In this document: piece after piece, positions 48,159 through 59,090 of the stretch
Layout: the number at the start of each line of letters is the position of its first letter
Position numbering within the stretch: position 1 is the first letter of the stretch
Assembly: GCA_964482615.1 (NCBI GenBank)
Contig: CAYZYK010000001.1
Span: 2,144 to 66,143, forward strand
Direction: 5' to 3'
Source of the DNA: an uncultured Candidatus Saccharibacteria bacterium
GTDB taxonomy: Bacteria > Patescibacteriota > Minisyncoccia > Minisyncoccales > CAYZYK01
DNA: 64,000 nt
The notes under the pieces: model-generated
The model's input: only the letters and a program-made list of their open reading frames with translations
The model's database searches: none
What the model was told of the DNA's origin: nothing
Translations under genes and position numbers: made by a program

Positions 48159-51100
48159 ATGGCAGAAGATATCAACAATATCACCAAAACAAAAAGTTTC
48201 TCAAAATCAAAAGTTTCTTTTCCCCTCCCCAAACTAACTTATCTTCAAAGACAGGCCTGGAAAGATTTTTGGGAAGTAAGATTAAAGGAACTTTTCTCTG
48301 AGGTTTCTCCTATTTTAGATCATAATGGAGATGAATTTGAGCTTTGGTTTTTAGATTATAAGCTGGGCAAGTCAAAATACAAGAATGGTCTTGAAGCTAA
48401 ACTTAACGACGATTCTTATGAAGCTCCTCTAAGAGCTAAAGTTAAATTGGTAAATCTTAGGAGCAAAGAGATAAAAGAACAGGAAGTTTTCTTAACTAAT
48501 TTTCCCCTTATGACAGAAAAGGGGACTTTTGTCGTTAATGGGGTGGAAAGAGTGGTTGTTTCTCAAATTATCCGGTCTCCGGGTGCTTTCTTTACTGTCA
48601 ACAGATACAAAGGGAAAGAATACTTCGGGGCAAAAATTGTTCCCAATAGAGGAGCTTGGCTTGAATTTTCAACTGAAAGTTCAGGTTTTATTGGGGTTAA
48701 AATTAACAGAAAAAGAAAAGTTGCCGCTACCACTCTTCTTCGAGCTTTTGGAATAGAGAAAGATAAAGAGATTAAAGAAAAATTTAAAGATTTAGACAAG
48801 GGGGAGGTAAAATATATTGAGAAAACTTTAAAAAGAGACAATTCTTCTGATCAAGGTGAAGCATTAATGGAGATTTATGGCAGGTTAAGACCCGGAGCTT
48901 ATGTTACTCCAGATAATGCTAAAAGCTTGATTTTTAATATGTTCTTTAATTTCAACAGGTATGATTTAGCTAAAGTTGGAAGGTGGAAAACCTATCAAAG
49001 ATTACCACAACTTGCCCCCAAGAAGAAAAGCAAAGATATTAAAAAAGGAGAAAGGGTATTGAAAGTAGAAGATGTTGTTGAGGTGATAAGAGAAATTATT
49101 AGATTAAACAATAATCCTCAAGCAGAACCTGATCAAATTGACCATTTAGCTAATAGAAGAGTAAGGACATCAGCCGAACTTTTGGAAAACAGGCTTAGGG
49201 TGGGGATGATGAGAATGATGAGGATAATAAAAGACAGAATGTCAACTCTAGATACAGCAACTGTTACCCCAGTTCAGCTTATTAACTCAAGACCTTTTAT
49301 GGCGGTCGTTAGACAATTCTTCTTCTCTTCTCAGTTTTCTCAGTTTATGGATAACGAAAATCCTTTAGCTGAGATTGAACACAAAAGAAGAATTACAGCA
49401 ACAGGACCCGGAGGATTAACTAGAAGAAGGGCAGGGTTTGAAGTAAGAGATGTTCAGCCCTCACACTACGGTAGGATCTGCCCCATTCAAACCCCAGAGG
49501 GTCCTAATGTGGGATTAGTTAATCACCTAGCTTGTTTTGCCAGAATCAATCCTTTCGGTTTCATAGAAACTCCCTATTTCAAAGTAGAGAAAGGGAAAGT
49601 TACTGATAAAGTAGAATATCTTTTAGCTAACGAAGAAGAAAAATACAATATCGCTCCAGGATCAGTTCCTTTAGACAATAAAGGTAATATTGTTGCTAAA
49701 AAAGTGGAAGCCAGGATAAAAGGGAAACCAGGAGAGATTGAAGCTAAAAAGATTGATTTTGTTGATGTTTCTTCCAAACAATTTATTAGCGTGGCTACAT
49801 CCCTTGTTCCTTTTTTACAGAATGATGATGCAGCCCGCGCTCTTATGGGATCTAATATGCAGAGACAATCAGTTCCATTGGTTAACCCAGAACCACCTCT
49901 TGTTGGTACAGGGGTGGAAAGAAATGTTGCTCAGGATTCTGGACAACAGATTTTTGCTGAAGAAGCAGGAAAAATAAAAGAAGTAGATGCTGAGCATATT
50001 AAGATAAAAGTAAAAAACAAAAGAAAAGAGAGAGAATACAAAATTCATTCTTTTGTTCGTAGTAACCAATATACTTGTTTCCACCAAAGACCCCAAGTGA
50101 AGAAAGGACAAACTATCAAAAAGGGAGATGTTCTAGTAGATGGTGCTGCTATTTCTAAGGGAAGATTAAGTTTAGGTAAAAATATTTTAGTTGCTTTTCT
50201 TCCCTGGAGAGGAGGGAATTATGAAGATGCTATTGTGGTTTCAGAAAGATTAGTTAAAGATGACGTTTTTACCTCTATTCACATTCAGGAATTTACTTGT
50301 GATGTAAGGGAAACAAAACTCGGTCCTGAGATTACAACCTCTGACATTCCTAATGTTGGGGAAGAGAAATTGAAAGATTTGGACGAAGAGGGAATTATAA
50401 GTATTGGAGCTGAGGTGGGGCCAAACGATATTTTAGTTGGCAAAATTTCACCGAAAGGAGAAACAGAACTTACAGCAGAAGAGAGATTGCTCAGAGCAAT
50501 TTTTGGTGAAAAAGCAAAAGAAGTAAAAGATACATCCTTAAGAATGCAGCACGGAAAGAAAGGTAAAGTGGTGGGGGTTAAAGTATTTTCTAGAGAAAAG
50601 GGCCAGAGACTAGATCCCGGAGTAATAAAAAGGATAAGGGTTGAGGTTGCTGAAATCAGAAAAGTTAAAGTTGGAGATAAGATTTCTGGAAGACACGGAA
50701 ATAAAGGTGTTATTTCTAAGATTTTACCGCCCGAGGAGATGCCTTTCTTGAAAGATGGAACACCAATTGATCTTATCTTAAGTCCTCTTTCTGTTCCTTC
50801 TCGCATGAATATTGGTCAGATTTTGGAAACTCATTTGGGTTGGGCAGCTAAAAAATTGGGCTATCTTGCTATCTCACCTGCTATGCTTGGAGCAAGCGAA
50901 GAAGACATTAAAGAAGAATTAGAGAAAGCAGGCCTTCCAAGATCAGGACAAATAACCCTATATGATGGAAGAACAGGAAAACCTTTCCCCAGAGAAGTTA
51001 CCGTAGGATATATGTATATGCTTAAGCTTATTCACATGGTTGACGATAAAGCACATGCTCGTTCTATCGGACCCTATTCTTTAATAACCCAACAACCTCT

Positions 51101-51374
51101 TGGTGGAAAAGCTCAATTTGGAGGCCAAAGGTTTGGGGAAATGGAAGTTTGGGCCTTGGAAGGATATGGAGCAGCTCACTCTCTCCAGGAGATGTTAACT
51201 ATCAAATCCGATGATGTTCAAGGAAGAGGAGAGCTTTATCAGTCAATTCTGAAAGGGGAACCGATAAAAAATCCAAATATTCCAGCCTCTTTTAATCTTA
51301 TGGTAAATGAACTTAAAGCTTTAGGACTCAATGTAATATTAAAGGAAGAGGAAGAAAAAAAGAAAAAGAAATAA
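48159..51374 (+). CDS. rpoB: DNA-directed RNA polymerase subunit beta
   Basis: 1071 aa; conserved blocks throughout (PLMTEKGTFVVNGVERVVVSQ, NMQRQSVPL, GRHGNKGV, LGGKAQFGGQRFGEMEVWALE). Confidence 0.95.
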   Translation: MAEDINNITKTKSFSKSKVSFPLPKLTYLQRQAWKDFWEVRLKELFSEVSPILDHNGDEFELWFLDYKLGKSKYKNGLEAKLNDDSYEAPLRAKVKLVNLRSKEIKEQEVFLTNFPLMTEKGTFVVNGVERVVVSQIIRSPGAFFTVNRYKGKEYFGAKIVPNRGAWLEFSTESSGFIGVKINRKRKVAATTLLRAFGIEKDKEIKEKFKDLDKGEVKYIEKTLKRDNSSDQGEALMEIYGRLRPGAYVTPDNAKSLIFNMFFNFNRYDLAKVGRWKTYQRLPQLAPKKKSKDIKKGERVLKVEDVVEVIREIIRLNNNPQAEPDQIDHLANRRVRTSAELLENRLRVGMMRMMRIIKDRMSTLDTATVTPVQLINSRPFMAVVRQFFFSSQFSQFMDNENPLAEIEHKRRITATGPGGLTRRRAGFEVRDVQPSHYGRICPIQTPEGPNVGLVNHLACFARINPFGFIETPYFKVEKGKVTDKVEYLLANEEEKYNIAPGSVPLDNKGNIVAKKVEARIKGKPGEIEAKKIDFVDVSSKQFISVATSLVPFLQNDDAARALMGSNMQRQSVPLVNPEPPLVGTGVERNVAQDSGQQIFAEEAGKIKEVDAEHIKIKVKNKRKEREYKIHSFVRSNQYTCFHQRPQVKKGQTIKKGDVLVDGAAISKGRLSLGKNILVAFLPWRGGNYEDAIVVSERLVKDDVFTSIHIQEFTCDVRETKLGPEITTSDIPNVGEEKLKDLDEEGIISIGAEVGPNDILVGKISPKGETELTAEERLLRAIFGEKAKEVKDTSLRMQHGKKGKVVGVKVFSREKGQRLDPGVIKRIRVEVAEIRKVKVGDKISGRHGNKGVISKILPPEEMPFLKDGTPIDLILSPLSVPSRMNIGQILETHLGWAAKKLGYLAISPAMLGASEEDIKEELEKAGLPRSGQITLYDGRTGKPFPREVTVGYMYMLKLIHMVDDKAHARSIGPYSLITQQPLGGKAQFGGQRFGEMEVWALEGYGAAHSLQEMLTIKSDDVQGRGELYQSILKGEPIKNPNIPASFNLMVNELKALGLNVILKEEEEKKKKK

Positions 51375-51388
51375 CTTTTAGCTAAAAA

Positions 51389-54300
51389 ATGAAAGTATCC
51401 AATTTAAAATCAATAACAATAAAACTTACTTCTCCAGATGAAATAATGAACTGGAGTCATGGAGAAGTAACAGAGCCAGAAACTATCAATTATAGGACCC
51501 AGAAACCAGAGAAAGATGGTTTATTTGACGAAAGAATTTTCGGCCCGGTAAAAGATTACGAATGTGCTTGTGGTAAATACAAAAGAATTCGCTACAAAGG
51601 AGTTGTCTGTGATAGATGTGGAGTTGAAGTTACTAAATCCCGGGTGAGGAGAGAAAGAATGGGTCATATTAAACTGGCAGTTCCTGTTAGTCATATTTGG
51701 TTTCTGAGAGGAATTCCATCAAAAATGGGAATAATTTTGGATAAATCTTCTCGAAAAATGGAAAGAGTAATCTATTTTTCTTCCTATATTGTAACTAAGG
51801 TTGATAAAGAAGCCAAAAAAAGGGTATTAAAAGAGATTAAAAAAGAAGCTAAAGTCAAACTAAAGGAAGCTAAGAAAAAAGAAAAAACAAAGATTAAAAA
51901 AGCAGAAGATAAAGCTGAAAAACAACTAAAGAGTATTAAAAGATTAAAAGTTTTATCTGAACACAACTACCGTAAATTATCTTTAAAATATGGAGAAATA
52001 TTTGAAGCAGGTACAGGAGCAGAAACTGTTTATAAGATTTTTGAAAAAATGGACCTTAAAAAGAGAATTAAAAAACTCAAAAAGAAATCTAAATCTATTC
52101 CAGCCAGCAAAAGAAAGAAAATACTAAGAAAATTAAAATTATTTGAAAAAATGGAAAGGGGAGGGGTCAAACCAGAATGGATGTTTTTGAAGGTTTTACC
52201 TGTTTTACCTCCTGATTTGCGCCCCATGGTTCAATTGGACGGGGGAAGATATGCCTCTTCTGATCTCAATGATCTTTACAGGAGAGTAATTAATAGAAAC
52301 AATCGTTTAAAATATCTTCTTGAGATTTCAGCTCCAGAAGTTATTGTAAGAAACGAAAAAAGAATGCTTCAGGAAGCAGTCGATGCTTTAATTGATAATA
52401 ATATGAGGAAGGGAGTAACAACCACAGCAACCACTGGTCAAAGAAGGTTGTTAAAATCTCTAGCTGATATGCTCAAAGGAAAACAAGGTAGGTTCCGTCA
52501 GAATCTTTTAGGAAAAAGAGTAGATTATTCGGGAAGATCTGTTATTGCTGTGGGGCCTGAACTTCATTTTTATCAGTGCGGGCTTCCCAAAACAATGGCC
52601 CTTGAGATTTTCAAACCTTTTGTAATTAGAGAAATTTTAGACCAAGAACTAGCTTATAATATTAAAGGAGCAACAAGGTTAATAGAAGAACATAAACCAG
52701 AAGTCTGGGCAATTTTAGAAGAAATAGTTAAAGACAAATTGGTTCTTTTAAACAGGGCGCCAACCTTACATAGATTAGGGGTTCAAGCTTTTCAGCCGGT
52801 TTTGATTGAGGGGGAGACAATAAAAGTTCATCCCCTGGTTTGTGAAGCATTTAATGCTGATTTTGATGGAGACCAAATGGCTGTTTTCTTACCCTTATCA
52901 GAAGAAGCCCAGAAAGAAGCAAGAGAAATTATGTTATCTAGTTTGAATGTTCTTAAGCCAGCTACTGGCCGACCCATAATCGGGCCTTATAGAGAAATTG
53001 TCTTGGGAAGTTATTATCTTACAAAAACAAAAGAAGACATTGAAGAGGGTGAGAAGACAGAGGAAAAACCGAGGATATTTTCTAGTGTTTTTGAAGCAGA
53101 ATTAGCTTATGAGAACAGAGATATAGATATTAGGCAGAAAATAAAGATTCCAGAACCGAAGGCAAAAGAATCAAAACTTATTGAAACTACAGTAGGAAGA
53201 GTTATTTTCAACGATGCTTTGCCAGAAGATTATCCTTTCCAAAATAAGTTATTTACCTCAGGTAAGCTTAAAGACCTTATCAGCGATCTTATTAAAAAAT
53301 ATTCTTCTGAGAAAATACCCAAAATCTTGGACGATATTAAAGATATGGGATTTGAATATTCAACCTTATCTGGAATAAGCTGGGGGATGGATGATTTAAT
53401 TATCCCAGAAGAAAAAGAAGGATTAATTAAAGAAGCTGATAAGAAGGTTGAGGAGATTGATGGCTATTTTAAAAAAGGACTTCTCACTTACAGCGAAAAG
53501 ATTTCTCAAGAGATTTCTGTTTGGCAGAAGGTTAAAACAGAAATTGAGAAATTGTTAAAAGAGAAAACCCTTCCCAGGGATGGATCAGTTTATTCTATTA
53601 TTAGTTCTGGGGGAAGAGCTTCTTGGACCCAACCTGTTCAAATGGCTGGAATGAAAGGTCTGGCAGTTAACCCAGCGGGAGAAATAATTGAATTACCTAT
53701 CAAAAGTTCTTTTAAGGAAGGTTTTAATGTTTTAGAATATTTTATTTCCACCCATGGCGCAAGGAAAGGGACAGCAGATACTGCCTTGCGGACCTCAACT
53801 GCTGGTTATTTAAGTCGAAGATTAATTGATGTTGCCCACGATATGATAATTACAGAGAAAGATTGTAAAGAAAAAAAAGGAATGACAATTTTAAGAGAAG
53901 ATGCAGACGAAATCGAACAAGACTTCTTTTTTAAAATTGTAGGAAGGGTTTGTGCTCAGGATATAAAAGAGGGAAGAAAGAAATTAGCAAAGAAAGGAGA
54001 AGTTATTGATTGGGACAAAGCAAAGAAAATAAGCAAAGCAAAAATTAATGAAGTTCAGGTTTATTCTCCTTTAAGTTGTAAAAGTCGCCAGGGAATTTGT
54101 CAGAAATGTTACGGCTGGGATCTATCCCGCAATGAATTAGCTAAGATGGGAGAACCGGTGGGGGTGGTGGCAGCTCAATCAATAGGGGAGCCAGGAACCC
54201 AGCTTACCTTGAGAACCTTTCATTTAGGTGGAGTTGCAGGAAAAGGAGATATTACTCAGGGTTTACCCAGAGTAGATGAAATTTTTGAAACAAGAAGTCC

Positions 54301-54958
54301 TAAGGGTAAAGCACCAATAACTCAATTTGATGGGAAAATAACAGATGTTGATACAGAAAAAGGTATAATAAAAGCCCGTCCTGTTTCTGAAAAAACCCCT
54401 TCATCTAAAAAAGAAATAAGCTATAAGATTCCTGCTGACAGGGCGGTTTGGGTTCAAAAAGGAGAAGAAGTAAAAGCAGGACAGCCTCTTTGTGAGGGAA
54501 GTTTAGACCTTGAGAAGTTTTTTCGGATAACAGATAAAGAAAGAACCCAACGTTATATTGTCAAAGAGATTCAGAAGATTTACGTTTCCCAAGGAGTTGA
54601 TGTTCACGATAAACACATTGAGGTTATCGTTCATAAGATGTTTTCTCGGATGAAGATTATGAAGGGAGGAGATAGTCCTTGGACCAAAGGAGAGATTATT
54701 GAAAAACCAGTTTTTGAAAAAGAGGTTAAAAACCTTAAATCCCAGAAAAAAACTCCTCCAAAAGCTAAACAAATAATCCTTGGAATTTCCAAAGTAGCAC
54801 TTACCTCAGATAGCGTTCTTTCTGCAGCCTCATTTCAACAGACCGCTAGGGTTTTAATTAAGTCAGCTCTTGAAGCTAAAGAAGATGAGCTTAAAGGATT
54901 AAAAGAGAACGTTATTATAGGTAAACTTATTCCTGTGGGAACTGGCTTCAGAAAATAA
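51389..54958 (+). CDS. rpoC: DNA-directed RNA polymerase subunit beta'
   Basis: 1189 aa; zinc-binding CxxC cluster (CACGKYK...CDRCGVEV), NADFDGDQMAV catalytic loop, trigger-loop and bridge-helix blocks. Confidence 0.95.
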   Translation: MKVSNLKSITIKLTSPDEIMNWSHGEVTEPETINYRTQKPEKDGLFDERIFGPVKDYECACGKYKRIRYKGVVCDRCGVEVTKSRVRRERMGHIKLAVPVSHIWFLRGIPSKMGIILDKSSRKMERVIYFSSYIVTKVDKEAKKRVLKEIKKEAKVKLKEAKKKEKTKIKKAEDKAEKQLKSIKRLKVLSEHNYRKLSLKYGEIFEAGTGAETVYKIFEKMDLKKRIKKLKKKSKSIPASKRKKILRKLKLFEKMERGGVKPEWMFLKVLPVLPPDLRPMVQLDGGRYASSDLNDLYRRVINRNNRLKYLLEISAPEVIVRNEKRMLQEAVDALIDNNMRKGVTTTATTGQRRLLKSLADMLKGKQGRFRQNLLGKRVDYSGRSVIAVGPELHFYQCGLPKTMALEIFKPFVIREILDQELAYNIKGATRLIEEHKPEVWAILEEIVKDKLVLLNRAPTLHRLGVQAFQPVLIEGETIKVHPLVCEAFNADFDGDQMAVFLPLSEEAQKEAREIMLSSLNVLKPATGRPIIGPYREIVLGSYYLTKTKEDIEEGEKTEEKPRIFSSVFEAELAYENRDIDIRQKIKIPEPKAKESKLIETTVGRVIFNDALPEDYPFQNKLFTSGKLKDLISDLIKKYSSEKIPKILDDIKDMGFEYSTLSGISWGMDDLIIPEEKEGLIKEADKKVEEIDGYFKKGLLTYSEKISQEISVWQKVKTEIEKLLKEKTLPRDGSVYSIISSGGRASWTQPVQMAGMKGLAVNPAGEIIELPIKSSFKEGFNVLEYFISTHGARKGTADTALRTSTAGYLSRRLIDVAHDMIITEKDCKEKKGMTILREDADEIEQDFFFKIVGRVCAQDIKEGRKKLAKKGEVIDWDKAKKISKAKINEVQVYSPLSCKSRQGICQKCYGWDLSRNELAKMGEPVGVVAAQSIGEPGTQLTLRTFHLGGVAGKGDITQGLPRVDEIFETRSPKGKAPITQFDGKITDVDTEKGIIKARPVSEKTPSSKKEISYKIPADRAVWVQKGEEVKAGQPLCEGSLDLEKFFRITDKERTQRYIVKEIQKIYVSQGVDVHDKHIEVIVHKMFSRMKIMKGGDSPWTKGEIIEKPVFEKEVKNLKSQKKTPPKAKQIILGISKVALTSDSVLSAASFQQTARVLIKSALEAKEDELKGLKENVIIGKLIPVGTGFRK

Positions 54959-55007
54959 GAAAAATCTGTTAAAATAAGGGTAGCAGGCATATAACAAGAA
55001 ATCATCT

Positions 55008-57170
55008 ATGGTCAAAAGGAAAAAGTCAAAAAAGAAAAAGAAAAAAACTAAGGCAAAAAAAGAAAAAAAGAAAGCTATTTTAAGCCTAGCTACCAAACAA
55101 AAAATAAAGGCCTTAGTTATGTTCGTGGTTGGGATAATTTTTATTCTTTCTTTACTGGAATTGGCTGGCCCCGCCGGAGAAGCAATCGACAGGGGTTTTG
55201 TTTTTTTAATAGGCAAGGCAGTTTTTGCTGTTCCCTTGCTTTTTATAATTACTGGCTTGATTTTTCTGAAACCGAAACAGAAAGGAAAACTCTTCCCTTT
55301 AATTTTAGGTATTTTTATTTTAATTCTGGGCATGACAGGAATCTTAGGAGCTTTCGATACAATGGAAAGACAAGCTGTTAATGAATTCGTTTGGAATTGG
55401 GCAGGAAAAGGGGGATTTTTAGGAAATCTCCTAAGCTGGCCTCTATTACATTATTTTGGCGTCTTTGTAACTAATATCATTTTTGGGGCGGTTATTATAG
55501 GAGGCCTTTTAATATTCTTTCAATTTATAGAAAAAGAAATAGTAGAAAAAGAAAAACCCTCTGAAATAACCCAGAAAATAAAAAGGGCTATTACTCCAGC
55601 CGCAAGAAGAATAAAAGAAGCAGCCTCTTCAAGAAAAAAAATTAAAGAAACAGAACCCAAAATATCAAGATTTAGAGAGAAGATTGATTTGAGTAACAAC
55701 ACTTCTTCCAAAAAAGGAAAATATGTTTTACCCCCACTGGAGCTTTTAAAAGAAGAAAAAGGTAATCCTACTAGCGGAGATATAAAGAAGAACTCAAAAA
55801 TAATAAAAAAGACATTGGAGAATTTTGGTATTGCAGTTGAAATGGCTGAGGTTAATATAGGGCCAACTGTTACCCAATATAGCTTTAGGCCAGCTGAAGG
55901 AATAAAATTATCAAGAATTACTACTTTATCGCGAAATCTCTCTTTGGCCCTGGCAGCCCATCCTCTTCGAATTGAAGCTCCAATTCCTGGAAAGGATTTG
56001 GTTGGAATTGAAATTCCCAACAGCCAGAGAAGTCAAGTTCGTCTCCGCAACCTGATAGCCAACCCTACCTTTCAGAATTCTTCTTCTTCATTGCTTTTCT
56101 GTTTGGGAAGAAGTGTTTCTGGAGATCCCATGTATGCTGATTTGGGGAAAATGCCCCATCTTTTAGTGGCTGGATCTACAGGAAGTGGTAAAACAGTCTT
56201 TTTAAACAATCTGGTTTTAAGTTTTCTTTATAGAAATTCGCCGCGTAGGTTAAATTTCATTTTGGTTGATCCCAAAAGAGTAGAATTTCAGAGTTATAAT
56301 CATTTTCCTCACCTTTTAACACCTGTTATTACTAATGTTGATATTGCAATAAATGCTCTAAACTGGCTGGTTCAGGAAATGGAAAGAAGATTTGAGGTTT
56401 TTTCTACTATTCCTACTCGGAATATATCCACTTACAACAGCATGAAATCAGTCAAAGAGTCGGGGGCCCAATTACCCTATATTGTTCTTATTGTAGATGA
56501 GCTAGCAGACTTTATGGCTTCTAAGGGAAGAGAAATGGAAGCAGCGATTGTAAGATTAGCTCAAATGGCAAGAGCAACTGGAATTCATTTGATAGTTGCA
56601 ACTCAAAGACCGTCAGTTGAAGTTATTACCGGTCTTATTAAAGCGAATATAACAGCTAGAGTTACTTTTCAGGTAGCATCTCAAGTTGACTCAAGGACTG
56701 TTTTGGATATGGCTGGTGCAGAAAGTCTTTTGGGGGATGGTGATATGCTCTATATCTCCTCTCAAATGACAAAACCAAAGAGAATCCAAGGAGCTTATGT
56801 TTCAGAAAAAGAAGTAAAGAAAGTTACTCAATTTATTAAAAAAGAAAAAGACAAAGCTCGTCCTCCTTCCGATCTTTCTCAGAGTTTGAAGAACCATCTT
56901 GAGAAAGAGAAACAAAAACCTCAGAGTTTTGAGGTGGGAGAGGATGAACTTTATGAAGATGCAAAAGAATTAGTAATTGATGCCGGGAAAGGTTCAGCAA
57001 GCTTACTTCAACGGAGATTAAGAATAGGTTATGCTAGAGCAGCTCGTCTTCTGGATATGTTACAGGAGAAAGGAATAGTAGGTCCCGCTAGGGGATCAAA
57101 ACCAAGGAAAGTTTTAGCTGAAGAAGAATACGATGAAGAAGATGATTTTGGTGATGAATTAGAGTCCTAA
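55008..57170 (+). CDS. ftsK: DNA translocase FtsK/SpoIIIE
   Basis: 720 aa; N-terminal TM domain, Walker A LLVAGSTGSGKT, Walker B LIVDELADF, gamma winged-helix domain (LLQRRLRIGYARAARLLDMLQEKGIVGP). Confidence 0.9.
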   Translation: MVKRKKSKKKKKKTKAKKEKKKAILSLATKQKIKALVMFVVGIIFILSLLELAGPAGEAIDRGFVFLIGKAVFAVPLLFIITGLIFLKPKQKGKLFPLILGIFILILGMTGILGAFDTMERQAVNEFVWNWAGKGGFLGNLLSWPLLHYFGVFVTNIIFGAVIIGGLLIFFQFIEKEIVEKEKPSEITQKIKRAITPAARRIKEAASSRKKIKETEPKISRFREKIDLSNNTSSKKGKYVLPPLELLKEEKGNPTSGDIKKNSKIIKKTLENFGIAVEMAEVNIGPTVTQYSFRPAEGIKLSRITTLSRNLSLALAAHPLRIEAPIPGKDLVGIEIPNSQRSQVRLRNLIANPTFQNSSSSLLFCLGRSVSGDPMYADLGKMPHLLVAGSTGSGKTVFLNNLVLSFLYRNSPRRLNFILVDPKRVEFQSYNHFPHLLTPVITNVDIAINALNWLVQEMERRFEVFSTIPTRNISTYNSMKSVKESGAQLPYIVLIVDELADFMASKGREMEAAIVRLAQMARATGIHLIVATQRPSVEVITGLIKANITARVTFQVASQVDSRTVLDMAGAESLLGDGDMLYISSQMTKPKRIQGAYVSEKEVKKVTQFIKKEKDKARPPSDLSQSLKNHLEKEKQKPQSFEVGEDELYEDAKELVIDAGKGSASLLQRRLRIGYARAARLLDMLQEKGIVGPARGSKPRKVLAEEEYDEEDDFGDELES

Positions 57171-57175
57171 TTAAC

Positions 57176-57204
57176 TTGTCAAATTAGCTAAAATTAGCTA
57201 CAAT
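57176..57204 (+). promoter_or_regulatory. Candidate promoter (TTGTCA-17-TACAAT) ending 9 nt before the recA ATG, implying a leaderless or near-leaderless recA mRNA
   Basis: TTGTCA 57176-57181, TACAAT 57199-57204, ATG 57214. No SD-like purine tract between them. Confidence 0.3.
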
Positions 57205-57213
57205 TAAACTATT

Positions 57214-58233
57214 ATGCCAAAAAAGAAAACTAAAAACAAAGAAGAAAAAGAAAAAGAGTTAAAAGAAACCCTGGAAGGAATAAAAAGTAAATTTGGAGAA
57301 GGGGCTTTAATGAAACTTAAAGAAATACAACCAGTTGATGTTGATGCAATTCCTACAGGATCTATTTCTTTAGATCTTGCTTTGGGAGTGGGGGGAGTTC
57401 CCCGCGGAAGAGTAATAGAAGTTTTTGGTCCTGAAGCGTCTGGCAAAACAACCCTAGCTTTACATATTTTAGCTGAAGCTCAAAAGAAAGGGGGCGTAGT
57501 AGCTTTTATTGATGCTGAAAATGCTCTAGATCCTGATTATGCTAGAAAGATTGGGGTAAGAGTTGACGATATTTTAATTTCCCAGCCCGATTCAGGCGAA
57601 CAGGGATTACAAATTGTTGAAGCTTTGGTTCGTTCAGGTACAATTGATATAATTGTGGTTGATTCTGTTGCTGCTTTAACCCCCAAAGCAGAAATTGAAG
57701 GAGAAATAGGGGATCAACAAATCGGTCTTCAGGCTAGATTGATGAGTCAGGCTTGTCGTATGCTCTCTAAAATAATTTCTGATACAAAGACAACAGTTTT
57801 ATTTCTCAACCAAACCAGGATGAAAATAGGAGTTATGTTTGGTAATCCAGAAACCACCCCAGGAGGATTAGCTTTAAAGTTCTATTCTTCAGTAAGAATT
57901 AATTTGAGAAGAAGAGCTCAAATTAAACATAAAGATGAGATTATAGGTAATAGAGTGAAAGCTAAAATTGTGAAAAATAAAGTAGCTCCACCCTTCAAAA
58001 CAGCGGAATTCGACATTTATTATAACGAGGGTATTTCCAGAACAGGGGATATTATTAGAGCAGGGCTGGAGACAGGGATTCTTAAACAGTCAGGTAGCTG
58101 GTACAAATATGAAAAAAAGAAATTAGGTCAGGGGATGGCAGGAGCTAAGAAATTTTTGAAAGAAAACTCAAAGATAGCAAAAGAAATAGAAAAAAGAATT
58201 TGGCAGGAATCCCAGCAAACACAAGAAGTATAA
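57214..58233 (+). CDS. recA: Recombinase RecA (no intein)
   Basis: 339 aa; [27 protein letters not shown]2 loop region. K/E-rich N-terminal tail. Confidence 0.95.
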   Translation: MPKKKTKNKEEKEKELKETLEGIKSKFGEGALMKLKEIQPVDVDAIPTGSISLDLALGVGGVPRGRVIEVFGPEASGKTTLALHILAEAQKKGGVVAFIDAENALDPDYARKIGVRVDDILISQPDSGEQGLQIVEALVRSGTIDIIVVDSVAALTPKAEIEGEIGDQQIGLQARLMSQACRMLSKIISDTKTTVLFLNQTRMKIGVMFGNPETTPGGLALKFYSSVRINLRRRAQIKHKDEIIGNRVKAKIVKNKVAPPFKTAEFDIYYNEGISRTGDIIRAGLETGILKQSGSWYKYEKKKLGQGMAGAKKFLKENSKIAKEIEKRIWQESQQTQEV

Positions 58234-58248
58234 AGTTTATTTTTAAAT

Positions 58249-58279
58249 AAAAAAACAACTCTTTGGGAAGTTGTTTTTT
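58249..58279. terminator. Bidirectional terminator hairpin between recA (+) and rpsR (-)
   Basis: AACAACT-N8-AGTTGTT flanked by A-run and T-run. Confidence 0.5.
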
Positions 58280-58296
58280 GTTTTCAGGTTAAAATC

Positions 58297-58494
58297 TTAT
58301 TTGGGCATATAGGGGAAAAGGCCTAATTGTCTTGCTCTTTTAATCGCTCGGGCAACTTTTTTCTGATGATCAGCACAGAGATATGTTCTTTTTCTTGGTT
58401 TAATTTTAAAAATATCATTGGTAAATTTACGAAGTAACTCCGTATTTTTAAAATCAACCTCTTCTTTGTTCTTTTGACAGAAATAGCAAGGCAT
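58297..58494 (-). CDS. rpsR: 30S ribosomal protein S18
   Basis: 65 aa; CYFC...IDFKN.ELLRKF...RKRTYLCA.HQKKVARAIKRARQLGLFPY. Confidence 0.9.
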   Translation of the reverse strand: MPCYFCQKNKEEVDFKNTELLRKFTNDIFKIKPRKRTYLCADHQKKVARAIKRARQLGLFPYMPK

Positions 58495-58532
58495 AGTAAT
58501 AAATAAAATTAATTTTTATTCTTAATTAATGG

Positions 58533-59033
58533 TTAAAAAGGAATGTCTTCCACGTCAATTTCATCTTCGTTTTGATCGGTCTTTTTTCTCTTTGATTCTT
58601 TCTTTTTGGAAGAAGGATTATAATCTTCTTCAATGACTGGAATTTCTTCCTGTTTGGTTTTCTTTTGGGATTTCTTTGGAGTGTTTCCTGTTGCTGCAGG
58701 CCCCCATGATTTTGGAGGAAGTTGAATATTCTGAGCTACTATTTCAGTACGATATTGTCTGTTGCCTGAGGAATTTTCCCAAGATCTTGTTCTTAATCTT
58801 CCTTCAACTAAAGTAAGCGACCCTTTTTTTAAGTATCTTGAACAAATATCAGCTAGTTTTCCAAAAGCTACTACATTGTGAAATTGGCTATCTTGTTGCT
58901 TTTCTCCTGAGCTATCAGTATAGAATCTATTTGTAGCTAAAGAAAAATTAACCACGGACTGACCACTTGGTAAGGCTCTTTCTTCTGGATCTCGGGTTAA
59001 ATTTCCCAAAACAAAAACTTTATTTAAATTCAT
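58533..59033 (-). CDS. ssb: Single-stranded DNA-binding protein
   Basis: 166 aa; OB fold MNLNKVFVLGNLTRDPE...FHNVVAFGKLA...LVEGRLRTRSWE; acidic C-terminal tail ending DIPF. Confidence 0.9.
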   Translation of the reverse strand: MNLNKVFVLGNLTRDPEERALPSGQSVVNFSLATNRFYTDSSGEKQQDSQFHNVVAFGKLADICSRYLKKGSLTLVEGRLRTRSWENSSGNRQYRTEIVAQNIQLPPKSWGPAATGNTPKKSQKKTKQEEIPVIEEDYNPSSKKKESKRKKTDQNEDEIDVEDIPF

Positions 59034-59090
59034 GTTTTTAAAATTAATTATTTACTGTTTTAAGTAAAATAGACCTTTGTTTTTAAGTTT

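Noticed and set aside
55008-55120. Apparent AAAGAAAAAGAAAAA microsatellite at the start of ftsK
   Set aside because: It is in frame and encodes the lysine-rich N-terminal tail (KRKKSKKKKKKTKAKKEKKK). Such tails recur on many proteins here (RbfA, L19, RecA, S6, TsaD), so it is a proteome-wide compositional trait, not a repeat element.
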